From Kinneretia aquatilis (GTDB lineage: Bacteria; Pseudomonadota; Gammaproteobacteria; Burkholderiales; Burkholderiaceae_C): a stretch of DNA of 64,000 bases. Within the stretch, counting starts at the first letter, position 1. Each line of letters starts with the position of its first letter. The position numbers and the translations under genes were made by a program. This document shows, piece by piece, positions 31,433 to 40,500 of this stretch. The stretch spans positions 1,770,440 through 1,834,439 of the forward strand of contig NZ_POSP01000003.1 in NCBI RefSeq assembly GCF_002885975.1. The letters run 5' to 3'. Under the pieces are notes generated by a model. The model was not told the DNA's origin, searched no databases, and was given only the letters and a program-made list of their open reading frames with translations.

Positions 31433-32569
31433 TCAACGCAGCTTCACGAGCCCGTTGAGCACCTGGTCCAGACCTCCGAAAACGGAGATCTTGTCAATGC
31501 GCTCCGCCACACGCTCCAGGGTTTCCAGTTCCTTGAGGCGCAGGGCGACGGGGTTGTCCTCCATCACCTTGGCGGTGTTCAGCAGCGAGCGCGTTGCAGC
31601 GGTTTCCTCGCGGCGGCGGATCACGTTGGCTTCGGCCGCTTTCCCGGCCTCCACCACCTGAGCGAGGATGGTCTTCATCTCGCCCGGCAGCACGATGTCC
31701 TTGACGCCGACGCTGGTCAGCTCGAGCCCGAGGGCGGCGAGCTTGTCCTTGACCTGGGCGGTCACGACCTCATCGATGACGCTCTTGTTCTCAAGAAGCT
31801 CATCGAGCGAGCGTGTGCCCACCGCAGCGCGTAAGCCGAGTTGCAGTTCGCGGTACAGGTGCTCGGCCGGCTTGGCCAGCGCCTTGTAGGCGCTGAGCAC
31901 GTCCGAATAGCGCCAGGTGGCCGAGAGATTGAGTCGCAGCGCCACCTTGTCTCGGGTCAGGATTTCCTGGCCCGTGACTTCAACGGACTGCAAGCGCAGG
32001 TCCACCAGCTCCACGTTCACACTGCGGTTGAACTTCCAGAAGGCGAACGAACCCGCACCGAGCAAGCGCTCGATCTTGCCGTCGACCCACAGAATGCCCG
32101 CGCCGTGTTCCGGCACGACCACCTGCAGCACACCAGCCAGGCCGGTGATGCTGCGCGGACGCAGCTGGGTCTGCAACAGGCGGGCGGTGAGCGCAGGCGA
32201 CAGTTCTGGGGTGCTGGCCAGGTCGATCACCTCAAGCTGCACATCCACCAAGCCCTTCCAGTACAGCCGGCGGGTTTCAGGCGGCAGCAGCTCAACCAGC
32301 ACACCGTTCTCACTGCGCAGGCCGACCTGCGTCGCATTCAACTCAACACGAACGAACTCGGCCTCGACCACCGCCGGCTCTTTGGCCAGCAAGTAGTCCG
32401 TCAGCGGGTGCACGAAAGCCGGAGCTCCGATGGCGACCAGTTCGACCTGAAGCCGATCCAGTCCAGACAGGAGCCAATGTGTGCCAGGTTGCAGCACACG
32501 CTCGAAGTCGCCATTGCGCAGCAGCAGGCCGCGCTCGTTCTTCTTCACATTGACACGCTTGATCGTCAT
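31433..32569 (-). CDS. SPFH/band-7 domain protein (slipin-like)
   Basis: 378 aa, N-terminal band-7 domain followed by a long Ala/Glu/Lys-rich helical tail. Confidence 0.7.
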   Translation of the reverse strand: MTIKRVNVKKNERGLLLRNGDFERVLQPGTHWLLSGLDRLQVELVAIGAPAFVHPLTDYLLAKEPAVVEAEFVRVELNATQVGLRSENGVLVELLPPETRRLYWKGLVDVQLEVIDLASTPELSPALTARLLQTQLRPRSITGLAGVLQVVVPEHGAGILWVDGKIERLLGAGSFAFWKFNRSVNVELVDLRLQSVEVTGQEILTRDKVALRLNLSATWRYSDVLSAYKALAKPAEHLYRELQLGLRAAVGTRSLDELLENKSVIDEVVTAQVKDKLAALGLELTSVGVKDIVLPGEMKTILAQVVEAGKAAEANVIRRREETAATRSLLNTAKVMEDNPVALRLKELETLERVAERIDKISVFGGLDQVLNGLVKLR

Positions 32570-32821
32570 GGTGTTCTCCTTGTTGCAGCGTGTGTTTCAA
32601 ATAGGGTGCCGTTACAGCGCGGACACGGACCTCGGATGCCTGGGACTGGGTGCCACGGTGCGTCGTCGGCATGCCCTTTCTGGACAAGCCTCGGACTGAC
32701 CGTGGACGCAGACCCCGCGTGCCCGAAGCTCAGGTGGCCGCGCTGATGCCGTTCAAACCCGAAGGCAGACCGGCACGTTCGGCGGGGTGGTCTTTCGACC
32801 GTTTTTCACTGGCGTGACAGG

Positions 32822-32898
32822 CCATTTGTGGAGTGGGAGTCGAACCCACGACACACGGATTCCAAATCCGTTGCTCTACCCGACTGAGCTATCCAGTG
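32822..32898 (-). pseudogene. tRNA-like pseudogene (D, anticodon and T arms intact; anticodon UGG with A37; acceptor stem broken)
   Basis: Reverse complement reads CACTGGA-TA-GCTCAGTCGGGTAGAGC-A-ACGGA-TTTGGAA-TCCGT-GTGTC-GTGGG-TTCGACT-CCCAC-TCCACAA. Only 4 of 7 acceptor pairs form, there is no CCA, and A37 is atypical for tRNA-Pro. Confidence 0.55.
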
Positions 32899-32951
32899 GT
32901 GGCGAAACCGGGAGTCGAACCCGGACCCTTGCGGGACAACCGTGCTTCACC
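32897..32951 (-). pseudogene. tRNA 3' fragment / minimal tRNA-like element (variable hairpin + T-arm + acceptor + CCA)
   Basis: Reverse complement ends ...GTCCCGCAAGGGT-CCGGG-TTCGACT-CCCGG-TTTCGCC-A-CCA. It abuts the previous element, so its CCA overlaps that element's 5' end. The 5' side can only be closed by a G-U-containing GGTGAAG, giving a 55-nt mini-structure with no D or anticodon arm. Confidence 0.5.
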
Positions 32952-33092
32952 GTATCGGCCTCTTCCAGCAGAGCGGCATGCGCCGCAGCGACGGGACGGA
33001 CCCGGCCACAGCGCACCGGTGGGGTGGTACCCCCTACCTGTGAGCCCTGCCTTCCAAGGCAGATCTGTTGGCGCCTGGGCCGACCTCGTGGA

Positions 33093-33653
33093 TCAACTCA
33101 GGCGCGATTCTTTCGGCAGCCGTGCGGCCAGCCACTCATGCACGTCCGCACGAATCCGCCTGCCCTTGAGCAGGAAGTCCTCGAAGCGGCTGGGCACATA
33201 AGGCGTGAACAGCAGCGGCATCCCGGCCTCCTCCGGCGTGCGGTCGGCCTTGCGCGCATTGCAAGCGCGGCAGGCAGCGACCGTGTTCATCCAGCTGAGA
33301 GGGCCGCCACGCGAGGCCGGCAGGATGTGGTCGACCGTGAGTTCGCGCAGGTCATGCGCATCGCCACAGTAGGCACAGGTCTGTCGGTCACGCCGGATCA
33401 GCTTGAGCTTGTTGAAGCCCGGCTCTCGCTCGAAGAGGTTCAAGCGCGAACTGCCGCTCAAGGCCAGGATGGCTGGAACTTCAATCCTGGACTGAAGGCC
33501 GGAGTGGACGTTCATGCCGCCGCGCAGGACGGCCAGCGGCGTATCACCGAGCGACCAGGCCACGGAGCGGGAGGCCACATGGACCGCCCCCTGCTCGACC
33601 GAGATCCAGGCCTGGGGCTGGCCGGTGATGTCCAACTGCAATACATCGTGCAT
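33093..33653 (-). CDS. HNH endonuclease
   Basis: 186 aa with zinc-finger/HNH core CAYCGDAHDLRELTVDHILPASRGGPLSWMNTVAACRACNARK; start at ATG 33653 with AGGAGG SD; lies inside the tRNA hotspot. Confidence 0.8.
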   Translation of the reverse strand: MHDVLQLDITGQPQAWISVEQGAVHVASRSVAWSLGDTPLAVLRGGMNVHSGLQSRIEVPAILALSGSSRLNLFEREPGFNKLKLIRRDRQTCAYCGDAHDLRELTVDHILPASRGGPLSWMNTVAACRACNARKADRTPEEAGMPLLFTPYVPSRFEDFLLKGRRIRADVHEWLAARLPKESRLS

Positions 33654-33801
33654 GGCGTCCTCCTTTCTGCGACTGGGCACGACTGAAATTCAACGACGAA
33701 GGCGGCGAGGCTCCAAGCTGCGCCCAGCGGATTCAAGGCTTAGTGCTCTTCCAGCAGAGCGAGGCCACGACTGACCAATGGGCGGCAGCGCTGCTCAACG
33801 C

Positions 33802-33880
33802 TGGTAGTGATGGCGGTTCTGCTCCCAAAGCAGTTGCGCTTTCCACTTGCGCCACACACGGGTCCTGCTCCCAAGGGTTG
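33802..33880 (-). pseudogene. scrambled tRNA-Pro(UGG) fragments (D-stem 3' half + canonical anticodon arm, then a second partial copy)
   Basis: Reverse complement contains GGAAAGCGCAACTGCTTTGGGAGCAGAACCGCCATCACTACCA, i.e. the canonical Pro anticodon stem-loop CTGC-TTTGGGA-GCAG with G37 but no T-arm; a partial repeat CTTGGGAGCAGG sits ~40 nt away. Confidence 0.5.
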
Positions 33881-33962
33881 TCGGTGACGGGTTCCGACGC
33901 CGCCCAATCTTTGCGGCCGGTTTGCGCCTATCGAAGCGAGAGCTCGACGACAGGCTTGGGTT

Positions 33963-34037
33963 TGGCATCCCGTGCGGGAGTCGAACCCGCCTCTTCGGCT
34001 TGAAGGGCCGAGGACCTCACCGGAAGTCCAACGGGAC
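33963..34037 (-). tRNA. tRNA-Glu (anticodon UUC)
   Basis: 75-nt cloverleaf GTCCCGT...anticodon stem TCGGC/GCCGA loop CCTTCAA...T-arm GCGGG-TTCGACT-CCCGC, acceptor ACGGGAT, G, CCA. Confidence 0.85.
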
Positions 34038-34049
34038 AGAAATGAAAGC

Positions 34050-34126
34050 TGGCGCCTCGTGGAGGATTCGAACCTCCGGCCTCCGGTTTCGTAGACCGGC
34101 GCTCTGCTCCGCTGAGCTAACGAGGC
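34050..34126 (-). tRNA. tRNA-Arg (anticodon ACG)
   Basis: 77-nt cloverleaf GCCTCGT-TA-GCTCAGCGG...anticodon stem CCGGT/ACCGG loop CTACGAA...T-arm GGAGG-TTCGAAT-CCTCC, acceptor ACGAGGC, G, CCA; 12 nt from tRNA-Glu. Confidence 0.85.
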
Positions 34127-34651
34127 CATGCACTCTCGGCTGTGTCCGCACGCGATCTCGACATGGTTGCCGAGATCGCTGCATGCCGGCTCCGTCTGCA
34201 GAACGTGCTTGGCACACATGCACACCGAGCTGGCCGGTGCTTGTGCACGGGCACACCCGAGAGGGCATCAATCCGATTTGCAAGAGCCAAACAAAAAGCC
34301 CGGTTCCTGCAGGAGACCGGGCTTCAGGGGATCGGAGATGGATCCCTGGAATGTAAGAACTTCAGTAGGCTGAAGTTCCTCCCGGTAACGGTGAGTCACC
34401 CTCAAATCGGTCATGCCGCGGCTGGCTCAGTGCGAACAGCATCGCGAACTCATGGCGACCCGCAGCGACGCACAAAGCCATCTCGACCGACATGGGTCGT
34501 TTGGCGTTGGCGATGGAGACTGTGCGGAGCATGATGAGATCTGGCGGGTTGGGGTGAATCAACGAATAGAAGAATTGTGAAGAGTGTTCACGCGTTCGTC
34601 AACACATTCGATCACATAGAATGCATGTGAAGTGTTTTAACAACACCAGCC

Positions 34652-35017
34652 GTGTCCAGCATCACTACGTTCCGCCGACTCAACGCCATCGCGCTCTTCC
34701 AGACTTTCGCGGAAGAACGCATCGCCGCAGGCGATCCGCCCAAGGGGCTTGAATCCACCTGGGCTAAACAAGTCGAGATGAGTGGCGCAACATGGTCGAT
34801 GGCCAAGAGTGGCGCACGCCCCATCGGCGACAAACTGGCGCGACAGATTGAACAACATTGCGGCAAGGAGCCAGGTTGGCTCGATGTGGAGCGTGAACCA
34901 ACTGGGCTGTCTCCAGGAGAGCAGCAGTTCCTTGCACTCGCCCTCAAGGTCTATCGCGAAACAAACAGCGATGGGCGAAAGCGCTTGAAGCAGGCGCTGA
35001 AAACTTTCCAAAAATAG
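34652..35017 (+). CDS. putative phage/island-type DNA-binding regulator (atypical XRE-like HTH)
   Basis: 121 aa; segment TWAKQVEMSGATWSMAKSGARPIGDKLARQIEQ resembles Cro/CI-type HTH; GTG start with weak SD; gene sits in a ~45% GC stretch preceded by TGTGAAG repeats. Confidence 0.4.
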   Translation: MSSITTFRRLNAIALFQTFAEERIAAGDPPKGLESTWAKQVEMSGATWSMAKSGARPIGDKLARQIEQHCGKEPGWLDVEREPTGLSPGEQQFLALALKVYRETNSDGRKRLKQALKTFQK

Positions 35018-35677
35018 GCCGCTGTCCGAGCAAGATGTGGGGCGCCCTGCGGGTGATGCTGTGCTCGCGCCGGGCTTTTGCCTTCAATCTTTGCGAGAAC
35101 ACGGTTGTGGTTGATCGATCTTCAAGCAGACCCAAACCCTCGATGGCGTAGTCAATGCTCTGCGCGGGCTTCCCGGCGATTGACCTGCTGTTTCGACTGT
35201 GTGCACCCGCACGGTCGGATGCCATCGCCGACAGGTGGCCACTCCCTCCCGTCTGTACCCAAGCTAAACGAGCGATCGACCGCCCTCTGCAGGCTGCCGG
35301 CAGATCCGTGCAGGATCGGCTCAGCCTGCGACTTGGCCGCCCGCCTTCCCTGCCCGGCGCGGCACACGGAACTTGCCCTGGTTGCCGAGCGGGCTGGCCG
35401 CTGCGGCCTGTTTGGGCGAGGCAAAACGAACAAAGCGAATGTCAGGCGGCACTGCCGGGCGCAGGAGGTCAGCCATGGCCGCCTGTGCGGCGTCGCAGTT
35501 GGAAAGCACCACAGACCAAGCGGCCAGGCCGCACAGGGCCCTGCGCTTTCGGTTGGCTCGAAACTGAATCCATGCCACGCAGGAAAGGCCACCACCAATT
35601 CACGCGTTATGTCACGCCAGCTACATCCGCGGGCAGGCGGAGGCACGAGCCGGAAACGGCACCACCCCATACCGGCA

Positions 35678-36088
35678 TCAACTGGCCATGGTCAGCGCAG
35701 CGTCCGCACGCACCGGCCGGTGCTCGCTGCCCCGGCCGCGCGTGATGTGCAACAAGCGGCTGGGACTGCTCACCCGCGCCGTGTGCCAGACACCCCGGGG
35801 CACGAGCACGGCAGCTCGCCCTTCCAAGGAGAGGGTCTGCAGGCCATCGGGCAGTTCCAGCAGCAGCTGAACGGAACCGGTGAGCAGGTAGACGTACTCA
35901 TCGCCCTCAGGGTGGCGCTCCCAATTGGGCCAGTCCTCGCTGCACTCGAACTCAGTGACCAACCAGCCGAGGTCGAACGCCTCCATCTGTGCGGCAGGCA
36001 AGCTCCAGAAGGCATCGCCACCGGGCAACTCGATGGCATGGCCGTCTTCGGCCAGGTGGACATAGCGCTGTTGCGGGTCGAAGGGCAT
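35678..36088 (-). CDS. cupin-domain protein
   Basis: 136 aa from ATG 36088 (MPFDPQQRYVHLAEDGHAIELPGG...); cupin-like beta-strand pattern and conserved His/Glu (WERHPEGDEYVYLLTGSVQL...VPRGVWHTARV). Confidence 0.55.
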   Translation of the reverse strand: MPFDPQQRYVHLAEDGHAIELPGGDAFWSLPAAQMEAFDLGWLVTEFECSEDWPNWERHPEGDEYVYLLTGSVQLLLELPDGLQTLSLEGRAAVLVPRGVWHTARVSSPSRLLHITRGRGSEHRPVRADAALTMAS

Positions 36089-36596
36089 GGTGCAGGCTCC
36101 AGAGCAAGCAGGGGTGGCACATTGTGGCAAGGCAGACGGCGCGGCTGCCACGCAACATTGCCCTGCTCGGCAATCCGGCCGCCCAGTCGCGTAAGGAGGC
36201 GCGCATCCAGGGTGACAAAGCCAGTGCGGTCTAGCTCGAAACCTCGGCCAAGCGCGGCTGACCAGACGGCAGCGACCAGGGCCTCTTGGAACTCAAGCTA
36301 GCTGACACTGTCCAGACAGCCTGAAGCCCGGCCGGGCTGAGCGCAGCGATGGCCCACAACACCATCACATGAGCGCGGCAACCAGCACGGCGGGGCTCGC
36401 AAGCGCACACCCCGCTTTGGTGGGATAGACACCCCGCGAGTTTTCGCTCAATGCTGTCCCGTTGCCAGAAGCCACGCTCGCAAGCAAGCCGAGCCAGCGC
36501 CGCCGCGGCAGCAGTCACCAAGATACGGACCCACCATGCCACTCTGCCCTGCTCCGCTGCGTCGCGCCCACAGGCACTGAGCATCCGTCCACGCGC

Positions 36597-37499
36597 ATGA
36601 GCGATCGTCGCCGCATCCTCCTGGCCCTGGCCGGCAGCAGCCTGCTCACGGTGCCGCCTCTGCGGGCCCAGGCCTTACCGGGCACTGGCACGGGCAAGGG
36701 TGTGAGCTTTCCCGTGGCCGACCCGCGCGAGGACCCGCGACGCGTCTACCCCTTGCAGCTGTTGCAGCTGGTGCTGGAGCAGTCAGGCCGCGAGCCGCGC
36801 GTCGAGGAGCGCTACCACTACACCCAGCTACGCGCCATGGCCGAGCTGCGCCAGGGCCGCCTGGATGTCACCATGGTCACGCGCCGCGACCTGCCGGCCA
36901 GCGAAGGCTTGGTCGTGCCCATTCCGCTGCGGCGCGGCCTGCTGGGCCTGCGCCTGCTGCTCTGTCGCGCCGAGCGCGCACAGACTCTGTCCCAGCTGCG
37001 CGACCTGTCCGAGCTCAAGGCCCTGGGCCTGGGTTATGGCGTCGACTGGACCGATCGCCCCGTGTTCGAGCGCCTGGGCTTCAAGGTCGTCAGCGCCTCC
37101 AACTACGCCGGCTTGTTCGGCATGCTGCAGGCGCGGCGCAGCGATTACCTCTCGCGCGGCCTGAACGAAATTTGGGAAGAGCTGGCCAATGGCAAGCTGG
37201 TGGGCGCTGGCCTCGCGGTGGTGCCGGGCCTGGGCCTGCGCTACCCGCTGGACGACTATTTCGTCGTGCGCCCGGACGAGCCCGAGCTGGCCGAAGCCCT
37301 GCACCTGGGCCTGCAGAATGCCCTGCGCAACGGCAGCTACCAGCGCCTGTTCGATGAGCATTTCAGCCAGGCCCTGCGCCGCGCCGCCCTGCACGAACGC
37401 CGCCTGCTGCGCGTGGACGGCTACCCCGAGGACGAACTGGTGGAGCTGGCCCAGCAACAGCTGCTGGCTCCCCTGAGCGGCAAGCTCAAGAAGACCTGA
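36597..37499 (+). CDS. orphan periplasmic substrate-binding-domain protein (family 3 SBP-like)
   Basis: 300 aa from ATG 36597 with signal peptide (MSDRRRILLALAGSSLLTVPPLRAQA); SBP_bac_3-like pattern (YPLQLLQLVLEQSG, DVTMVTRRDLP, LGYGVDWTD, RSDYLSRGLNE). No permease or ATPase genes adjacent. Confidence 0.55.
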   Translation: MSDRRRILLALAGSSLLTVPPLRAQALPGTGTGKGVSFPVADPREDPRRVYPLQLLQLVLEQSGREPRVEERYHYTQLRAMAELRQGRLDVTMVTRRDLPASEGLVVPIPLRRGLLGLRLLLCRAERAQTLSQLRDLSELKALGLGYGVDWTDRPVFERLGFKVVSASNYAGLFGMLQARRSDYLSRGLNEIWEELANGKLVGAGLAVVPGLGLRYPLDDYFVVRPDEPELAEALHLGLQNALRNGSYQRLFDEHFSQALRRAALHERRLLRVDGYPEDELVELAQQQLLAPLSGKLKKT

Positions 37500-37500
37500 G

Positions 37501-37546
37501 GGCGCGGCGGCCGCGGCGCCCCTTGCTGCGCGCCCGGCCGGGCGCG
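37501..37546. terminator. GC-rich palindromes between convergent genes (bidirectional terminator candidates)
   Basis: GGGCGCGGCGGCCGCGGCGCCC near-palindrome followed by the perfect 16-bp palindrome GCGCCCGGCCGGGCGC, between the SBP gene stop and the eCIS last-gene stop. Confidence 0.4.
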
Positions 37547-37573
37547 GCCGCAATCCAGACCTTGGCCCGAGGC

Positions 37574-40500
37574 TCAGGCCGCCACGATATTGAGCGGCCC
37601 GTTGCCGAACTTCTCCGGCACATGGCCGAAGGCGAACAGCCGGAAATCGTTGTGGGCGAAGTTGCCGAGGTACTTGCCCTGATCGGCAATGACCACGCCG
37701 ACATCGTCGTTGCGCTCGAACGCCGTGGTGCTGAGGCTGAGCTCGTAGGCCAGCAGATCCAGGCTCAGGGCGCTGGCGATATTGGCATCGCCCACCAGGC
37801 TGCGGTAGCACCCATCCAGCACACCGCCGTTCTTGATCAAGCTGTCGATGCGCTGAACCCATTCGTCCGCCAGGCGCACGCCACGCAAGCGGTTGTTGCG
37901 CAGGCGCAGCCGGCCGTTGCCATGGGCCAGGCTGACCCGTCCGGCCTTCAGGGCCTGGCTCAGGCCCTGGAACAGGGCTTGCGGGAACTCGGGCAGGCTG
38001 GCGTCGCCGTACAAGGCCAGCTGGCCGTGGAACAGGTTGTCGGCCAACAAGGTGTCTGCGCGCGCATCGGCCAGGGTCAGGGCCGAGCCACCCTGGCTCA
38101 GCAGCACGCCGACACGCCAGCGCTCCAGCGTGGCCAACAGCTGCTGAGCCGGCACCTGCTCATCCTGCAGCTCTCGCTGGAACTGCTGCAGCGCCTCGCG
38201 CTCCTCGGGGGCCAGCGCCAAGGCGCCCGTGTCGGCCATGCGCAGGTAGTTGGCGATCTGGGCTCCCAGGCTCTTGCGCTGGGCTGCGCTGAGCTGGGCA
38301 TAGGCCTCGGCCACCCGCAGATCGAGCGGCTCGAACACCCGCCCTTCCTTGACCTCGAAGCTGGACTGCAAGGGCTTGAAGTCGGGCAGCAGCTCAAACA
38401 CCTGCTTCAGACGCGCCGGCAGGCCCTCGCCCGTGTAGGCCTTGATGCGGCAGGAGCTGATCTCCAGCGCGCTGGCGCCGGCAATCTGCAGCAGGCTCAA
38501 TCCCTTGGGGGTGAAGCCGCTTAAGCCCAGACGGCTCAGGCGCACCTGGCTGCAGCCTTCGATGCGCAACGAAGCCCAGCTCTCGCTCCACACCAGCTCG
38601 AACTGGTCCAGCTCCACCGAGGCGAAGTTGAAGAGATTGAACTCCTGCTCCTGCACGAACAGGCGACTGGCCTGCCCGGCGCCATGCACATGCAGGCGCG
38701 TGCCGCTGGGCGCTTGCACATCGATGCTGTCCTTGAAGTGGTGATCACCGGGCAGCAGGCAGAGCACGAGGTCACGCTGCTTCTCATTGATGAGCCGCTC
38801 GATGGCCTCGTCGAGCGTGGCGAAATCACCGCCCTCGCCCACCGTCTTGCTGCAGCCACCGCCATGGCCGCGCTTGCACAAGGCATCGATCGCGTCCTGC
38901 ACCGTGTGGACCTGAGCCGCCTGGGCCTCGGCGCAGTTGCTGGGGTCATAAGCGACCTGGGCGGCGGTGAGCAGGCTGGCGTTGAAATGGATGCGATTGA
39001 ACTTGCCCGCTGCCGGCGCACCGGCCTCCAGCAGCTCGGCGCTGCAGGTCTGCGACAGCACCGTGGGCGAGAGCGACCAGCTCACACTGGCCAGACCGTC
39101 CGGCCCCGTGTCCACCTCGGCCACCAGGCCACCGCCCGGAAGCTGACCGTGGCTGGCGGTGAAACGCACTCGCGCCCCGGCCACCGGAAACTGGCCGTTG
39201 AACACCGCCACCTCCAGCGGCCGCGGCAAGGGCACGGGCGCCGGCGCGATCGGGTTGGGCGCGATCTGCTGGCCATCACCGCCGACGTAGACGAGGTTGC
39301 GCAGCTCGCTCAAGCTGGGAAAGAGCTGGCGGCAGTCATGCAGCCTCGTCCATTGATTGCCCTGGTAGCGCAGCACGGCCAGGCGCGCAAAAGCGCGCAG
39401 CACGCCCAGCGGCGCGAGGAAGCGGGGCTTGTCGGCGCTGTCCAGTGGCCACTCGATGTTGGCCGTGGCGGTGCGGGCCGGGATCTGCCAGAAATCGCCG
39501 ATGCGGTAGCGGCCGGGCGCGAACTTGAGCTCCACCCCGTCTTCCAGCTCGACCCAGCCGGTGTTGGTGTTGGGCGCGGCGGGGTTGATTTGGCCCCAGC
39601 CTTCCCAGCGCCGCACGCGCGGGTTGACACTGAACAAGCCCTTGTCCAGCGGCCCGGTCTTGCTGCTCAAATCCACCGTCACGACATTGCCGGCCGTCTT
39701 GAGCACCTGCACCAGGGTGCCGGGCTGGCCGGTCTGCTCGTGCAGCTCGCTGTAGAACTCGATCCAGCTGCCGGCCTGGATGGCGAGCACGGCGTCGCGC
39801 CCCAGGCTGGCCACTTCGAACTCATTGGCCGTGGGCTCGCCCAGCCAGCGCGTCACGCGGCTGACGATGCTGCCGTTGTCACGCGACCATTTGAAACGCG
39901 GCTTGCCCGAAATACTGCCGTCGTCATGGATCTCGACGCGGTAGAGCTGGTTCTCCAGGCGCCGGTAGCCGGCCTCGGGGGTCAGCAGGCAGGGGTCTTT
40001 GGGCGGCACCGTGGGTTCGGCGCGCGCGGCCATGCGGCCATCGGGCGCCTGGCTGAAGCTGGCCCAGGGCTCGACGCTCAGGCAGTTCAACGAGGTGCTG
40101 ACATCGCCGGCGCGTAGCAGCTTGACCTGCCAGACCAGCTGGTCGCGCGTGCTGGTGTCCGGCAGGCCCAGAGCCACCTCACGGATGTGCGGCGCCTCCA
40201 GCGGCGTGATGTGGCGCAGCCAGGCCTCGACATAGCCGATGTAGACGCCCTCGCTTGGCGCCACGGCGGCACCGGCTGCGTTGTAGACGCGGATCTGGCT
40301 CAGCGGCGCGGCCTGGGCCGGCGGCAGGGCCAGCAAGCTCTGGCCCGCCGGCTGTGTAGGCAGCACCGGCGAGATGGCGCTGGCCAGGCCGGGCTGGGTG
40401 ATCAGCGTCTGGCCGGTGGCCGCCTCGCAGAGCAGGCCCTGCACATAGCAACGGCCGGCGCTGATGCTGATGTTCTCGCCGGCACCGGTGAGCAAAAAGC

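Noticed and set aside
32850-32872. Plus-strand reading of the palindromic anticodon stem gives a tRNA-Trp-like loop TTCCAAA (anticodon CCA)
   Set aside because: The D-arm and T-arm (GGGTTCGACTCCC) only exist on the minus strand, so the plus-strand reading is a by-product of the palindromic stem.
32897-33060. tmRNA (ssrA) or selC hypothesis for the T-arm/acceptor/CCA element
   Set aside because: No matching 5' acceptor strand (GGCGAAA), no tag-peptide reading frame, pseudoknots or 8-bp acceptor. The element is only ~55 nt of tRNA-like structure, best explained as a 3' fragment.
35078-36301. 407-aa plus-strand ORF and 172/196-aa ORFs spanning 35.1-35.7 kb
   Set aside because: Low-complexity translations; they overlap the cupin gene antisense or lie in the decayed islet with no motifs or start context; treated as non-coding debris.
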